This document shows, in pieces, positions 36,869 through 48,119 of a stretch of 64,000 bases of DNA. The notes beneath the pieces are model-generated. The model searched no databases. It had not been told where the DNA came from and was given only the letters and a program-made list of their open reading frames with translations. The DNA comes from an uncultured Chloroflexia bacterium (GTDB lineage Bacteria > Chloroflexota > Anaerolineae > Anaerolineales > E44-bin32). The position numbers and the translations under genes were made by a program. The stretch lies in the NCBI GenBank assembly GCA_963777165.1, contig CAVZPO010000029.1, forward strand, positions 12,389 through 76,388, given 5' to 3'. The stretch's first letter is position 1; each line of letters begins with the position of its first letter.

Positions 36869-37701
36869 GCGTCAAGATCTACAAGCCGACGTCACCCGGC
36901 CGGCGGGGGATGACCGGACCGACGTTCGAGGAAATCACCAAGGACAGCCCCGAACGATCGCTGCTCGTCCCGCGCAAGAAGAGCGGCGGACGCAACGTCT
37001 ACGGTCGGGTCACCGTCCGGCATCGCGGCGGCGGCAGCCGCCGGCATGTGCGCCTGGTCGATTTCAAGCGCGACAAGCACGGCATTCCGGGGACGGTGGC
37101 GGCGATCGAGTACGACCCGAATCGCTCCGCCCGCCTGGCGCTCCTGCACTACGCGGACGGCGAGAAGCGCTATATCGTGGCGCCGCTCGGACTGCAGGTG
37201 GGCGACGTGGTCACCGCCGGGCCGGAGGCGGACGTGCGCCCGGGGAACAGCCTGCCGCTGACCCATATCCCGCTGGGCACCATGGTGCACAACCTGGAGC
37301 TCCAACCGGGGAAGGGCGGCCAGCTGGTGCGCTCAGCAGGCACGTCCGCGCAGCTGCTGGGAAAGGAAGGCACCTACGCCGCGGTGCGTCTGCCGTCTGG
37401 CGAAGTGCGCCGGATCCTACAGACCTGCTACGCCACGATCGGCGAAGTGGGCAACGAAGACCATTCGAACATCAAGCTCGGGAAGGCCGGGCGCAAGCGC
37501 CATCTGGGGGTCCGCCCGACGGTGCGCGGCACGGCGATGAGCCCGCGCGACCACCCGCACGGCGGCGGCGAAGGCCGTCAGCCAACCGGGCTGCCAGGGC
37601 CGAAGAGCCCGTGGGGCAAACCGACACGCGGCAAGCGGACTCGGATGGCCAAGCCGTCCGACAAGTACATTGTCCGCCGCCGCTCGAAGAAGCGCCGCTA
37701 G
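36865..37701 (+). CDS. rplB: 50S ribosomal protein L2
   Basis: [18 protein letters not shown]. Confidence 0.98.
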   Translation: MSVKIYKPTSPGRRGMTGPTFEEITKDSPERSLLVPRKKSGGRNVYGRVTVRHRGGGSRRHVRLVDFKRDKHGIPGTVAAIEYDPNRSARLALLHYADGEKRYIVAPLGLQVGDVVTAGPEADVRPGNSLPLTHIPLGTMVHNLELQPGKGGQLVRSAGTSAQLLGKEGTYAAVRLPSGEVRRILQTCYATIGEVGNEDHSNIKLGKAGRKRHLGVRPTVRGTAMSPRDHPHGGGEGRQPTGLPGPKSPWGKPTRGKRTRMAKPSDKYIVRRRSKKRR

Positions 37702-37712
37702 GTTCGCCTGGG

Positions 37713-37741
37713 CTTCCGAAGTCGCGGAGCGACTTCGGAAG
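37713..37741. repeat. Perfect 13-bp inverted repeat (REP-like palindrome)
   Basis: CTTCCGAAGTCGC-GGA-GCGACTTCGGAAG; related 12-mers at 17729-17740 and 55133-55144. Confidence 0.7.
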
Positions 37742-37764
37742 TCGGATGGGATTGAGGTGAAACG

Positions 37765-38076
37765 ATGTCACGATCGCTGAAGAAGGGCCCGTTCGTCGAG
37801 CCCAAGCTGCTGAAGAAGATTGAAGAGATGAACCAGCGGGGCGAGAAGAAGGTGCTCCGCACCTGGAGCCGCGCCAGCACGGTGTTCCCGCAGATGGTGG
37901 GGCACACGGTGGCGGTGCACGACGGGCGCCGGCACGTGCCGATCTACATCACCGAGAACATGGTCGGGCACAAGCTGGGCGAGTTCGCCCCGACGCGCAC
38001 CTTCCGCGGGCACGTGTCGAGGGAGAAGACGACGAAGGTCGTCGAGACGGCGACGAAGGTCGTCGAGCCGAAGTAG
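37765..38076 (+). CDS. rpsS: 30S ribosomal protein S19
   Basis: [25 protein letters not shown]. Confidence 0.98.
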   Translation: MSRSLKKGPFVEPKLLKKIEEMNQRGEKKVLRTWSRASTVFPQMVGHTVAVHDGRRHVPIYITENMVGHKLGEFAPTRTFRGHVSREKTTKVVETATKVVEPK

Positions 38077-38078
38077 CC

Positions 38079-38438
38079 ATGGCCGAAACACACGACGTCC
38101 GCGCCTTCGTTCGCAATGTGCCGATCTCGGCGCAGAAGGTCCGCCTGGTGGTGAACCAGATCCGCGGCCAGGAAGCCAACCGGGCCCTGGATGAGCTGCG
38201 CTTCATGCCCAACGCCGCCGCCCGGTCGGTGTCCAAGGTGCTCCGGTCGGCGATCGCCAATGCCGAGGAGAACTTCGGGCTCAGCCGGGATGAACTGATG
38301 ATCTTCAAGGCTTTCGCCGATGAAGGCCCCAGCCGCCGTTGGCGGCGCTTCGGGGCCCGCGGCCGTTTCAAGCCGATGATTCGACGGTCGTCGAGTGTGA
38401 CGATCGTCCTGCGCGAGAAGGAGCAGGCGGCGGCCTAG
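38079..38438 (+). CDS. rplV: 50S ribosomal protein L22
   Basis: SAQKVRLV, SAIANAEEN, ARGR. Confidence 0.97.
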   Translation: MAETHDVRAFVRNVPISAQKVRLVVNQIRGQEANRALDELRFMPNAAARSVSKVLRSAIANAEENFGLSRDELMIFKAFADEGPSRRWRRFGARGRFKPMIRRSSSVTIVLREKEQAAA

Positions 38439-38459
38439 CCGCGCCTGAAAGGAGTACGC

Positions 38460-39134
38460 ATGGGACGCAAGGTCCACCCGATTGGCTTCCGCCTGGGGAT
38501 CAACAAGACCTGGGAGTCGCGCTGGTTCGCCAACCCGGATGTGTACGCCAAGCAGCTGCACGAGGATCGCGCCATCCGGCTGTTGATCGTCGGCTCGGCG
38601 CCGCGCTCGGGCATTGCCCGGATCGACATTGAGCGCTTCCCCAACAACGTGCACGTCACGATCCACACCTCCAAGCCGGGGATCGTGATCGGCCGCAAGG
38701 GCGCAAGCGTCAAGGAGCTGCGGCGGCAGATCCAGATCCTGACCGGGACGGTGGTCAAGCTGGACATCGCCGAGATCAAGGAGCCGGACATCGACGCCCG
38801 GCTGGTGGCGGACAACATCGCCGGCCAGCTGGAGCGGCGCATCAGCCACCGGCGGGCGATGCAGCGGGCGGTGCAGCAGGCGATGCGCCAGGGGGCGAAG
38901 GGCATCAAGGTGATGTGCGCCGGGCGGCTGTCGGGCGTGGAGATGGCGCGGCGCGACTGGATGCGGGAAGGCCGGGTGCCGGCCCAGACCCTTCGGGCCG
39001 ATATCGACTTCGCCAAGGCCGAGGCGCTGACGACCTACGGGCGGATCGGGGTCAAGGTCTGGGTCTACCGGGGCGATGCGGAAGTGGCAGAGCCCGAGCA
39101 GGCCCAGGCGATGGACGTGTACGTCAGCGAGTAG
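38460..39134 (+). CDS. rpsC: 30S ribosomal protein S3
   Basis: [29 protein letters not shown]. Confidence 0.98.
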   Translation: MGRKVHPIGFRLGINKTWESRWFANPDVYAKQLHEDRAIRLLIVGSAPRSGIARIDIERFPNNVHVTIHTSKPGIVIGRKGASVKELRRQIQILTGTVVKLDIAEIKEPDIDARLVADNIAGQLERRISHRRAMQRAVQQAMRQGAKGIKVMCAGRLSGVEMARRDWMREGRVPAQTLRADIDFAKAEALTTYGRIGVKVWVYRGDAEVAEPEQAQAMDVYVSE

Positions 39135-39159
39135 GCGAGCGCCGGAACGAGGTGTGACG

Positions 39160-39588
39160 ATGTTGATGCCAAAACGCGTGATGCCCGGCCGCCTGAAGCA
39201 GATGCGCGGCCGGATGAAGGGCAAGGAAACCCGCGGCGTCGAGCTGAACTTCGGCGACTACGGGCTGCAGGCCCTCGAGCCGGGGTGGGTGACGGCGCGG
39301 CAGATCGAAGCCGCCCGCCGCACGCTGGTGCGCTACATGAAGCGCCGCGGCAAGGTGTGGATCCGCATCTTCCCGGATAAGCCGGTGACCAAGAAGCCGG
39401 CCGAAACGCGCATGGGCAAGGGCAAGGGCTCGGTCGACCACTGGGTGGCCGTGGTCAAGCCCGGGCGGATCCTGTTCGAGCTGTCCGGCCTTCCCGAGGA
39501 CGCGGCGCGCGAAGCCATGCGCCTGGCGTCCCATAAGTTCTCGATCCAGACCCGCTTCACCGAGCGCGGCGAAGTGGGGAGAGGCTAG
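39160..39588 (+). CDS. rplP: 50S ribosomal protein L16
   Basis: [28 protein letters not shown]. Confidence 0.97.
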   Translation: MLMPKRVMPGRLKQMRGRMKGKETRGVELNFGDYGLQALEPGWVTARQIEAARRTLVRYMKRRGKVWIRIFPDKPVTKKPAETRMGKGKGSVDHWVAVVKPGRILFELSGLPEDAAREAMRLASHKFSIQTRFTERGEVGRG

Positions 39589-39594
39589 CAGGCG

Positions 39595-39810
39595 ATGAAG
39601 ACATCGGAGATTCGCGCCCTGTCCGACGGCGAGGTCGCGGCACGGCTGAACGAGGCCCGCGAAGCCTACTTCAAGCTGCGGTTTCAGTTCGCCACGGGGC
39701 AGCTGAGCGATCACACGCGCCTGAAGCGGGCGCGGCGTGAGATCGCCCGCCTGGCCACCCTGGCGCGCGAGCGCCAGCTGACCGGCGAAGGGGAAGGGAG
39801 CAAGGCATGA
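39595..39810 (+). CDS. rpmC: 50S ribosomal protein L29
   Basis: [18 protein letters not shown]. Confidence 0.95.
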   Translation: MKTSEIRALSDGEVAARLNEAREAYFKLRFQFATGQLSDHTRLKRARREIARLATLARERQLTGEGEGSKA

Positions 39811-40118
39811 GCAACACTCGCCGCCGCATGTCGGGCCTGGTGACCCGGGCCAAGGCGATCAAGACGGTGTCGGTGCGCGTCGACCGCAGCTACCGCCATC
39901 GGCTGTACGGCAAGGTCGTCCACACCAGCAAGCATTACCTGGTGCACGACGAGCTCGGCTGCCGACCCGGGGACGAGGTGGTGATCGTCGAGAGCCGGCC
40001 GCTGTCGAAGCTCAAGCGCTGGGTGGTGGAGACCATCGTCCGTCGGGCAACCGAGGAGCAGGTCGAAGCCGGCGCCGCGGTGCAGGTCGACATGCCCGCG
40101 CTGGAGGCGCAGGGATGA
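39807..40118 (+). CDS. rpsQ: 30S ribosomal protein S17
   Basis: [21 protein letters not shown]. Confidence 0.96.
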   Translation: MSNTRRRMSGLVTRAKAIKTVSVRVDRSYRHRLYGKVVHTSKHYLVHDELGCRPGDEVVIVESRPLSKLKRWVVETIVRRATEEQVEAGAAVQVDMPALEAQG

Positions 40119-40486
40119 TCCAGCAGGAAACACGCCTGAAAGTCGCCGACAACACGGGCGGCCGGGAGCTGCTGGTGATCCGCGTCATGGGGGGATCCCG
40201 CCGACGCTACGGCTCCATCGGGGATGTCGTCGTGGGGACGATCAAGTCGGCGGCGCCGCACGGTGCGGTCAAGAAGAGCGAGATCGTCAAAGCAGTTGTG
40301 GTGCGGGTGGCCAAGGAGTACCGCCGCGACGACGGCTCCTACATCCGGTTCGACGACAACGCCGCCGTCATCCTGGACGCCGACGGGGTGAACCCCAAGG
40401 GGACGCGCATCTTCGGGCCGGTCGCCCGCGAGCTGCGCGAAAAAGGGTTCACCAAGATCGTCTCGCTGGCGCCCGAAGTCCTGTAG
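40115..40486 (+). CDS. rplN: 50S ribosomal protein L14
   Basis: [27 protein letters not shown]. Confidence 0.98.
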   Translation: MIQQETRLKVADNTGGRELLVIRVMGGSRRRYGSIGDVVVGTIKSAAPHGAVKKSEIVKAVVVRVAKEYRRDDGSYIRFDDNAAVILDADGVNPKGTRIFGPVARELREKGFTKIVSLAPEVL

Positions 40487-40497
40487 GAGGCTGAGCG

Positions 40498-40824
40498 GTG
40501 AAGGTCAAGATCAAGAAGGGCGATACGGTGGAAATGATCAGCGGCCGCGAGAAGGGCATCCGGGGCGAGGTGCTGCGCGTCCTGCCCAAGGATGAACGCC
40601 TCGTGGTGCAGGGCGTCAACGTGCGCAAGAAGCACCAGCGCCAGGTCCAATCGGCCGGCCGCACGATGAACCCGGGCATTATCCAGTTCGAGGCGCCGGT
40701 GCACCTGTCGAACGTCATGCTCGTCTGCCCCAAGTGCAGCAAGCCGGTGCGCGTCGGGCTGGATCGAACGACGGGCAAGAGCCGCAGGGTGTGCAAGAAC
40801 TGCGACGCAGTGATCGACAGCTAG
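40498..40824 (+). CDS. rplX: 50S ribosomal protein L24
   Basis: KKGDTV KOW motif, EAPVHLSNV. Confidence 0.97.
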   Translation: MKVKIKKGDTVEMISGREKGIRGEVLRVLPKDERLVVQGVNVRKKHQRQVQSAGRTMNPGIIQFEAPVHLSNVMLVCPKCSKPVRVGLDRTTGKSRRVCKNCDAVIDS

Positions 40825-40841
40825 GCGGGGGAAGAGGCGAG

Positions 40842-41390
40842 ATGGAGCACATCCTGAAGACCCATTACGTGGAAAGCGTGGCCCCGGCCCTGCGGAAGGA
40901 ATTCGGGCTGGCCAACGACCTGCAGGTGCCGCGCATCGAGAAGGTCGTGGTCAACATCGGCGTCGGCGAAGCGCTGGAGAACGCCAAAGCGCTCGACGCG
41001 GCCGTGGAAGACATGACCACCATCACCGGCCAGAAACCGGTGGTGGCCAAGGCCCGCCGCAGCATCGCCAACTTCAAGCTGCGCGAGGGACGGGACATCG
41101 GCGTGCGCGTCACCCTTCGGGGCGAGCGGATGTGGTCGTTCTTCGACCGGCTGGTCAACGTCGCCCTGCCGCGCACGCGTGACTTTCGCGGGATTTCGCC
41201 CAACGCCTTCGACGGACGGGGCAACTACACGCTGGGGATCCGGGAGCAGATCATCTTCCCCGAGATTCACTACGAGAAGATCGACAAGCTGCGGGGCCTG
41301 GAGGTGACGATCGTGACCTCGGCTCCGAACGATGAGCAGGGACGGCGGCTGCTACAGCTGATGGGCATGCCGTTTGCGAGAGGCGACTAG
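40842..41390 (+). CDS. rplE: 50S ribosomal protein L5
   Basis: [29 protein letters not shown]. Confidence 0.98.
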   Translation: MEHILKTHYVESVAPALRKEFGLANDLQVPRIEKVVVNIGVGEALENAKALDAAVEDMTTITGQKPVVAKARRSIANFKLREGRDIGVRVTLRGERMWSFFDRLVNVALPRTRDFRGISPNAFDGRGNYTLGIREQIIFPEIHYEKIDKLRGLEVTIVTSAPNDEQGRRLLQLMGMPFARGD

Positions 41391-41391
41391 C

Positions 41392-41574
41392 ATGGCCAAG
41401 AAGAGCCTGATCCTGAAGGAATCGCACCGCAAGTACACGATCCGGGTGCGCAACCGCTGCAAGGTGTGTGGTCGGCCCCGCGGCTATATGCGCCGCTTCC
41501 AGCTGTGCCGCATCTGTTTCCGGGAGATGGCCCTCAAGGGGCTCATTCCCGGCGTCACGAAGTCGTCGTGGTAG
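41392..41574 (+). CDS. rpsZ: 30S ribosomal protein S14 (Zn-binding type Z)
   Basis: [26 protein letters not shown]. Confidence 0.96.
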   Translation: MAKKSLILKESHRKYTIRVRNRCKVCGRPRGYMRRFQLCRICFREMALKGLIPGVTKSSW

Positions 41575-41590
41575 GCGCAGGGAGGGTGTC

Positions 41591-41998
41591 ATGAGTGTAA
41601 CTGACCCGATTGCTGACATGCTGACCCGCATGCGCAACGCCCTGATGGCCGGCCACCAGGTCGTCTCGGTGCCCAGCTCGAAGATCAAGCTGGCGATCGC
41701 CCGCATTATGGTCGATGAAGGGTTTGTGGAGACCTTCGAAGAAGCGACCGATTCCGGCCACAAGACGCTGCGCGTGAAGCTCAAGTACGTGGGCGAACGT
41801 CGCGAACGCCGGCCGGTGATCAGCGGCCTGAAGCGCGTCAGCTCGCCGGGCCGCCGGGTGTACGTCAACAAAGGCGATATCCCCTTGGTACGCTCCGGCA
41901 TGGGCGTGGCGATCCTGTCCACCCCCAAGGGCGTGATGACCGGGATGCGCGCCCGCAAGATGGGCGTGGGCGGGGAAGTGCTCTGCCAGGTCTGGTAG
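41591..41998 (+). CDS. rpsH: 30S ribosomal protein S8
   Basis: DPIADMLTR, STPKGVMT, GGEVLC. Confidence 0.98.
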   Translation: MSVTDPIADMLTRMRNALMAGHQVVSVPSSKIKLAIARIMVDEGFVETFEEATDSGHKTLRVKLKYVGERRERRPVISGLKRVSSPGRRVYVNKGDIPLVRSGMGVAILSTPKGVMTGMRARKMGVGGEVLCQVW

Positions 41999-42062
41999 GC
42001 CGGCAGACGGTCGGAACGGCCCGGGCATCGATCCCGGTGGCCGACTGGACGAGGAGGGACAC

Positions 42063-42608
42063 GTGTCAAGAATTGGACGCAGCCCCGTAAACATCCCTGG
42101 CGGGGTGCAGGTTGCGATCGACGGCGCGACGGTTCGGGTCAAGGGCCCCAAGGGGGAGCTCACCCGCACTTTCCGGACGGAGATCACCATACGCCAGGAC
42201 GGCGGACAGCTGATCGTCGAACGTCCGTCGGACGCCCCGTCGGTGCGCGCCCTGCACGGGCTGACTCGGGCGCTGCTCAACAACATGGTCCTGGGTGTCA
42301 GCACCGGGTTCTTCAAGCAGCTGCAGGTGGAAGGCGTCGGCTACCGGGCCGAGAAGAACGGCAACGATCTGATGCTGAGCGTCGGCTACTCCCACCCGGT
42401 GCGCGTCCCGCCGCCGGGCGGCATCAGCTTCGAGGTCGACGAGAAGGCGCGCCAGATCAAGATCCTCGGGCCGGACAAGGAACTGGTGGGCCAGGTGGCG
42501 GCGGACATCCGTAAGGTGCGTCCGCCCGAGCCCTACAAGGGCAAGGGCATCCGTTACCTCGACGAGCACGTCCGGCGCAAGGCTGGTAAGGCCGGGAAGG
42601 TGGCATAG
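42063..42608 (+). CDS. rplF: 50S ribosomal protein L6
   Basis: SRIG, GVGYRA, PEPYKGKGI. Confidence 0.98.
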   Translation: MSRIGRSPVNIPGGVQVAIDGATVRVKGPKGELTRTFRTEITIRQDGGQLIVERPSDAPSVRALHGLTRALLNNMVLGVSTGFFKQLQVEGVGYRAEKNGNDLMLSVGYSHPVRVPPPGGISFEVDEKARQIKILGPDKELVGQVAADIRKVRPPEPYKGKGIRYLDEHVRRKAGKAGKVA

Positions 42609-42611
42609 ACG

Positions 42612-42977
42612 ATGGCAAAGAAGACCCGCGAGGACATGCGCAAGCGCCGCCATCAGCGCGTCCGCCAGAAACTGGCCGGCACGCCGGAGCGCCCGCGCTT
42701 GAACGTCTACCGCAGCCTGGCCGAGATCTACGCCCAGGTGATCGACGATGCCGAGGGCAAGACGCTGGTCGCCGCTTCGAGCGTCGACTCCGAGCTGCGC
42801 CCCAAGATGGCCGGCCTGAAGAAGGCCGAGCAGGCGAGCCTGGTCGGACAGGCGATCGCCGAACGCGCCAAGGCCAAGGGCATTTCAAAGGTCGTCTTCG
42901 ATCGGGGCGGCTACCGCTACCATGGCCGGGTGCGTGATCTGGCCGAAGCCGCGCGCAAGGCCGGGCTGGACTTCTAA
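42612..42977 (+). CDS. rplR: 50S ribosomal protein L18
   Basis: [21 protein letters not shown]. Confidence 0.98.
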   Translation: MAKKTREDMRKRRHQRVRQKLAGTPERPRLNVYRSLAEIYAQVIDDAEGKTLVAASSVDSELRPKMAGLKKAEQASLVGQAIAERAKAKGISKVVFDRGGYRYHGRVRDLAEAARKAGLDF

Positions 42978-43000
42978 GCCGGCGGGATGGAGAGGGTAAC

Positions 43001-43537
43001 GTGAGATCAGACTTCCGGGATCGTACTGAGGACCGCTCCGAGTTCGACGAGCGCGTCATCGACATCGCCCGCGTGGCCAAGGTGGTCAAGGGCGGACGCC
43101 GCTTCTCCTTCCGCGTCACGGTGGTGGCGGGGGATAACCACGGCAACGTCGGGTTGGGCATGGGGAAGGCGCGCGGTGTGCCGGACGCCATCAAGAAGGC
43201 CACCGAGCGGGCACGACGCGCCATGCTGCCTGTCCCGCTTTCAGGGACGACCATCCCGCACGAAGTGATCGCCAAGCATGGCGGGGCGTCGGTGCTGCTC
43301 AAGCCGGCGTCCCCCGGTACGGGGGTCATTGCCGGTGGGGCGGTGCGGGCGGTCCTCGAGGCGGCCGGGGTGCGCGATATTCTGACCAAGTCGCTCGGAA
43401 GCGCCAACGTGCTTAACGTGGCCAATGCCACGCTCGAGGGCCTGCGATCCCTCAAGCTGGTGGAAGGCGAAGCGGCGGCGCGCGGCAAGTCGCCTGCCGA
43501 TCTCAAGCCTTTCTGGGAGCGGAAGCGCAATGGCTAA
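43001..43537 (+). CDS. rpsE: 30S ribosomal protein S5
   Basis: [21 protein letters not shown]. Confidence 0.98.
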   Translation: MRSDFRDRTEDRSEFDERVIDIARVAKVVKGGRRFSFRVTVVAGDNHGNVGLGMGKARGVPDAIKKATERARRAMLPVPLSGTTIPHEVIAKHGGASVLLKPASPGTGVIAGGAVRAVLEAAGVRDILTKSLGSANVLNVANATLEGLRSLKLVEGEAAARGKSPADLKPFWERKRNG

Positions 43538-43736
43538 GTCAGCGGACACGGCTGCGACGCTGCGCATCACGCTGGTGCGCAGCCCGATCGGCTTCGCCGA
43601 GCGTCAGAAGAGAACGGTGCGGGCCCTCGGCCTGCGCCGGATGAATCAAACGGTCGAACACACCGACACGGCACAGATTCGCGGGATGATCGCCAAGATC
43701 CCGCACTTGCTGCGCGTGGAGGAGCAGGCAGGATGA
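43530..43736 (+). CDS. rpmD: 50S ribosomal protein L30
   Basis: [20 protein letters not shown]. Confidence 0.95.
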   Translation: MAKSADTAATLRITLVRSPIGFAERQKRTVRALGLRRMNQTVEHTDTAQIRGMIAKIPHLLRVEEQAG

Positions 43737-44179
43737 AAGCTCACGACTTGAAACCCAGGCCGGGCGCCACGCACCGCAAGAAGCGCGTCGGGCGCGGCAT
43801 CTCCGCCGGGCAGGGCAAGACCGCCGGCCGGGGCACGAAGGGCGAGGGCGCCCGCGCCGGCAGCGGAGGTCACCTGTACCGCCAGGGCGGCAACCTGCCG
43901 TTCTTCCGCCGGCTGCCGTTCAAGCGCGGCTTCAGCAACTTCCGGCGTGTGATCTACGCCGAGGTCAACGTGGCCCGGTTGGCCGCCTTCGCTTCGGGCA
44001 CCGAGGTCACTCCGGAAGTGCTCGCCCACGCCGGGATGGTCGATCCGAAAATGCCGGTCGTCATTCTGGGGCACGGCGAGCTCAAGGTCGCCCTCAAGGT
44101 GCGTGCGCATCGCTTCAGCCAGACCGCCAAGGACAAGATCGTGGCGGCGGGCGGCAGCGTGGACGTGATCGCGGCGTGA
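43733..44179 (+). CDS. rplO: 50S ribosomal protein L15
   Basis: [19 protein letters not shown]. Confidence 0.97.
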   Translation: MKAHDLKPRPGATHRKKRVGRGISAGQGKTAGRGTKGEGARAGSGGHLYRQGGNLPFFRRLPFKRGFSNFRRVIYAEVNVARLAAFASGTEVTPEVLAHAGMVDPKMPVVILGHGELKVALKVRAHRFSQTAKDKIVAAGGSVDVIAA

Positions 44180-44201
44180 ACGGACGACGAAGGAGCGAGC
44201 G

Positions 44202-45536
44202 ATGAGGCGTTCTCCCTGGCGGTTCTTGCTGATCTCGCCGGACATCCGCAACCGACTGCTGATCACCCTCGCCATCCTGGTGATCTACCGCCTGGCGGCA
44301 CACATGCCGGTGCCGGGCGTGGACCGCGCCCAGATCGCGCAGATCCTGGGGAGGGCTGGCAGCGGGGCGACGCTGTTCAACCTGCTCGACCTGCTCTCGG
44401 GCGGGACGGTGTCCAACTTCTCCGTCCTGGCCATGGGCGTCTACCCATACATCACGGCCCAGATCATTCTGCAGGTCATCACGCCCATCATCCCCGCCCT
44501 CCAGCGCCGTATGGAAGAGGACCCGCGCGAAGGGCGCAAGTGGATGGATAAGTGGACCTACTACCTGGCGGTCCCCATGGCGGCGCTGAACGCCTTCGGA
44601 CAGATCCGCCTTTTCCAGCAGTACGCCGGCGGCGTCGAGATCCTGACCACACCGCTGGGGTTCAATATCCCCACGCTGACCATGATCTTTGCCATGACCG
44701 CCGGGACGATGTTCGCCATCTGGCTGGGCGAGCTGATCTCCGAATATGGCATCCGCAACCAGGGGCTGTCCCTGATCATCTTCGCCGGGATCGTGGCGCG
44801 CATCCCGGCCAATGTCGGAAAAGTCCTGACCGACCAACAGCAGCGGATTCCGCTGATCATCTTCCTGCTCTTCCTGACCACGATCACGATCTTCGCCATC
44901 GTCTACGTCCAGGAGGGCCGGCGCCACGTGCCGGTGATGTACCCCGGGCGACGCGTGGGAAACCGCATGTCGATGCCGGTCAAGGGCACGCTCCCTCTGA
45001 TGGTCAACATGGCCGGCATGATCCCGCTCATCTTCGCCCAGTCGCTGCTGACGCTTCCCGCGGTGGTGGCGCAGTTCTTCGTGAGTTCGCCGAATGAGAC
45101 GATCGCCAAAATCGCCGTCGGCATTCAGAGCACGTTCGGCGGGATCAGCCCGCTGTATTGGGTCATGTACTTCCTGATGGTCGTCGGGTTCACGTTCTTC
45201 TACACCGATGTGATCTTCGCCCAGCAGAACTACGGGGAGAACCTGAAGCGCGCCGGGGCGCAGATCCCGGGTGTCACCAAAGGCGCACCCACGCAGCGTT
45301 ATCTGACCCGCGTGCTGCGCCGCATCACCTTCCCGGGGGCGCTGTTCCTGGGCATCGTGGCCATCATGCCCTTCCTGGTGGGCCTGGTCTGGCCGACCCT
45401 CGGCTCGGGCAGCAGCACGCTTCTGGTGACTTCCGCCGGGCTGCTGATCGTTGTCGGTGTCGTGCGCGACGTGTACCGTTCGATCGAAGCCGAACTCAAA
45501 CTGCGGGGTTATGACCAGGCGGTGCTGGTGCACTAG
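44202..45536 (+). CDS. secY: Preprotein translocase subunit SecY
   Basis: MGVYPYITAQII, WLGELI, AGMIPLIFA, LLIVVGV. Confidence 0.98.
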   Translation: MRRSPWRFLLISPDIRNRLLITLAILVIYRLAAHMPVPGVDRAQIAQILGRAGSGATLFNLLDLLSGGTVSNFSVLAMGVYPYITAQIILQVITPIIPALQRRMEEDPREGRKWMDKWTYYLAVPMAALNAFGQIRLFQQYAGGVEILTTPLGFNIPTLTMIFAMTAGTMFAIWLGELISEYGIRNQGLSLIIFAGIVARIPANVGKVLTDQQQRIPLIIFLLFLTTITIFAIVYVQEGRRHVPVMYPGRRVGNRMSMPVKGTLPLMVNMAGMIPLIFAQSLLTLPAVVAQFFVSSPNETIAKIAVGIQSTFGGISPLYWVMYFLMVVGFTFFYTDVIFAQQNYGENLKRAGAQIPGVTKGAPTQRYLTRVLRRITFPGALFLGIVAIMPFLVGLVWPTLGSGSSTLLVTSAGLLIVVGVVRDVYRSIEAELKLRGYDQAVLVH

Positions 45537-45538
45537 GC

Positions 45539-46198
45539 ATGCGTAACTTCCTGGTGATGCTCGGCCCGCCTGGGGCGGGGAAGGGGACGCAGGCCGCTCT
45601 GTTGAGCGCGCGGCTGGGAATGCCGCATGTTTCGAGCGGCGACCTGTTCCGCGAGCATATCCGGGGTAAGACCGAGCTGGGAAAACTGGCCGAGGGTTAC
45701 ATGGCCGGCGGCCAACTGGTCCCGGATGAAGTCACCATCGCCATGGTTCGGGCCCGGGTCTCGCAGCCCGACTGTGAGCGGGGTGCGCTGCTGGACGGGT
45801 TTCCACGCACGCCGGCCCAGGCCGAGGCCTTCGGGCAGATGGCGCGGGAGATGGGCGGCGATGTGCGGGCGGTGGTGTACCTGCGTGTGTCCGACTCCAA
45901 GCTGATCGAGCGCCTGAGCGGGCGCTGGATGTGCCGGGCGCAAGGGCACATCTACCATAGCCAGACGCACCCGCCGAAGGTGGCGGGGCGATGTGACCTG
46001 GACGGCTCGGAGTTGGTCCAGCGCGACGACGACAAAGTGGTGACGGTCACGCGGCGGCTGGGCGTGTATCGGGAGCAGACCGAGCGGTTGATCGAGCACT
46101 ACCGCAAGGCGGGGTTGCTGGTCGAAGTTGACGGCGCCCAGCCGGAGGCGGCGGTGGCGGAGTTGGTGGCGGTGGCGCTGAAAGGGCGCCTGGATTGA
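45539..46198 (+). CDS. adk: Adenylate kinase
   Basis: GPPGAGKGTQA, LLDGFPRT, QRDDD. Confidence 0.97.
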   Translation: MRNFLVMLGPPGAGKGTQAALLSARLGMPHVSSGDLFREHIRGKTELGKLAEGYMAGGQLVPDEVTIAMVRARVSQPDCERGALLDGFPRTPAQAEAFGQMAREMGGDVRAVVYLRVSDSKLIERLSGRWMCRAQGHIYHSQTHPPKVAGRCDLDGSELVQRDDDKVVTVTRRLGVYREQTERLIEHYRKAGLLVEVDGAQPEAAVAELVAVALKGRLD

Positions 46199-46201
46199 CC
46201 G

Positions 46202-47068
46202 ATGGCCTGGCATCGCGGCGTGGTGATCAAGACTGAGCGGGACCTGGTGGCGATGCGCAACGCCGGCCGGGTGAACGCCTTAGCGCTGGCGGCAGCGGTC
46301 TCGGCCGTTCGCCCTGGGGTGACCACGGCCGAAGTGAACGCCGCCGCGGAGCACGTGCTGCGCAACCACGGGGCGGGGATGGCGTTCCTGGGGTATCCGG
46401 GGCCGTACCCGTACCCAGCGGCGACGTGCATCTCGGTGAACGACGAGCTGGTGCACGGCATCCCGGGGCCGCGCCGGCTGCAAGAAGGCGACATCGTCTC
46501 GATCGATTGCGGCTCGGTGGTTGACGGCTTCGTGGGTGACTCGGCGATCAGCGTTGGAGTGGGGCAGGTCTCGGACGAAGCGCGGCGGCTGTTGGACGTG
46601 ACCTGTGCCGCCCTTTTTGCCGGGATCAAGCACATGCGGGCCGGGGGGCGGACCGGCGACGTGAGCGCCGCCATCCAGGCGCTGGTCGAGCGGAACGCCT
46701 TCAGCGTCGTCCGGGAATACACCGGACACGGCGTCGGCCGGGCGATGCATGAGGACCCGCAGGTGCCGAACTACGGGAAGGCGGGCACGGGCATGGCCCT
46801 GCGGCCGGGGATGACCATCGCCCTCGAGCCGATGGTGCTGGCCGGAAGCCCGGAGACCCGGGTGCTCCGGGACCAGTGGACGGTGGCGTCCCGCGATGGA
46901 CGCCTGACCGCCCATTTTGAGCACAGCGTGGCGGTGACCGCCGACGGTCCGCTGATCCTGACGGCCTTGGATCGGGATCTGGACGGGGGGCCTGCCGCGG
47001 CGTATAATGATTACTTCGTCGGCCGCGTGCCCGCGGCCGGCCGAGAGGTGGAGGAACAGCGGACATGA
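46202..47068 (+). CDS. map: Methionine aminopeptidase type I
   Basis: [31 protein letters not shown]. Confidence 0.97.
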   Translation: MAWHRGVVIKTERDLVAMRNAGRVNALALAAAVSAVRPGVTTAEVNAAAEHVLRNHGAGMAFLGYPGPYPYPAATCISVNDELVHGIPGPRRLQEGDIVSIDCGSVVDGFVGDSAISVGVGQVSDEARRLLDVTCAALFAGIKHMRAGGRTGDVSAAIQALVERNAFSVVREYTGHGVGRAMHEDPQVPNYGKAGTGMALRPGMTIALEPMVLAGSPETRVLRDQWTVASRDGRLTAHFEHSVAVTADGPLILTALDRDLDGGPAAAYNDYFVGRVPAAGREVEEQRT

Positions 47069-47178
47069 AAGTGTCTTCGTCCGTGCGCAAGCGTTGTCCG
47101 AAGTGCAAGATTGTCCGCCGACAGGGCAGGGTGTACGTGATCTGCGAGAATCCGCGGCATAAGCAGCGACAGGGGTAA
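47065..47178 (+). CDS. rpmJ: 50S ribosomal protein L36 (below ORF-track size cutoff)
   Basis: Translates [37 protein letters not shown]. Confidence 0.97.
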   Translation: MKVSSSVRKRCPKCKIVRRQGRVYVICENPRHKQRQG

Positions 47179-47184
47179 GGCAAC

Positions 47185-47574
47185 ATGGCTCGTATTGAGG
47201 GCATTGATCTCCCGCGCGACAAGCAGGTGGAAGTGGGCCTGACCTACATCCACGGCATCGGCCGTCCGGCTTCGCGCCGGATTCTGGCACTGACCGGCAT
47301 CGAGCCGGCCCGCCGGATCAAGGACCTGACCGAAGAAGAGGTCACGGCCCTGCGCGACTACATCGGCCAGAACCTGACCGTCGAAGGCGACCTGCGTCGT
47401 GAGACGCAGATGAACATCAAGCGCCTGATCGACATCGGGTGTTACCGCGGCCTGCGTCACCGCCGCAATCTTCCTGCCCGCGGGCAGCGCACGCGCACCA
47501 ACTCGCGCACGCGCAAGGGGCCGAAGAAGACGGTTGCGGGTCGCGGTCGACGCCGCGGGGCAAAGAAGAAGTAA
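47185..47574 (+). CDS. rpsM: 30S ribosomal protein S13
   Basis: [20 protein letters not shown]. Confidence 0.98.
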   Translation: MARIEGIDLPRDKQVEVGLTYIHGIGRPASRRILALTGIEPARRIKDLTEEEVTALRDYIGQNLTVEGDLRRETQMNIKRLIDIGCYRGLRHRRNLPARGQRTRTNSRTRKGPKKTVAGRGRRRGAKKK

Positions 47575-47687
47575 TCCGGGCACAGTCCGAACGGGCCTCC
47601 GGCCGGCGGGCGGGATCCTTCCTCCTGCGCGGCTGAACCGCCGCTGGGCGCCCGCATCGACCGACCCGGGACGAGGACAGAGGGACC

Positions 47688-48098
47688 ATGACCGAAGAAC
47701 CTACCGCCAAACCCACCCGCCGGACGAGCACCGTGCGCAAGACGCGCCGGATGATGTCCCATGGCCAGGCGCACGTGCACGCCACGTTCAACAACACGAT
47801 CGTGACGATCACCGACACGCAGGGCAATGCCGTCGTGCAAGGCAGCGCCGGCGCGGCCGGTTTCAAAGGCTCGCGCAAGAGCACGCCCTATGCGGCCCGC
47901 ATGGCGGCCGAGACGGCGATTGTCGCCGCATCCGGGTTCGGCCTTCAGGAAGTCGACGTGTTCGTCAAGGGCCCGGGCCCGGGACGCGAAGCGGCTATCC
48001 GCGCCATTCAGAGCTCGGGGATCCGCGTCCGTTCGATCAGTGATGTCACACCCGTGCCGCACAATGGCTGCCGGCCGCCGAAGAAGCGCCGCGTCTGA
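47688..48098 (+). CDS. rpsK: 30S ribosomal protein S11
   Basis: [24 protein letters not shown]. Confidence 0.98.
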   Translation: MTEEPTAKPTRRTSTVRKTRRMMSHGQAHVHATFNNTIVTITDTQGNAVVQGSAGAAGFKGSRKSTPYAARMAAETAIVAASGFGLQEVDVFVKGPGPGREAAIRAIQSSGIRVRSISDVTPVPHNGCRPPKKRRV

Positions 48099-48119
48099 GT
48101 AGGAAGGAACCAGGAAGCG

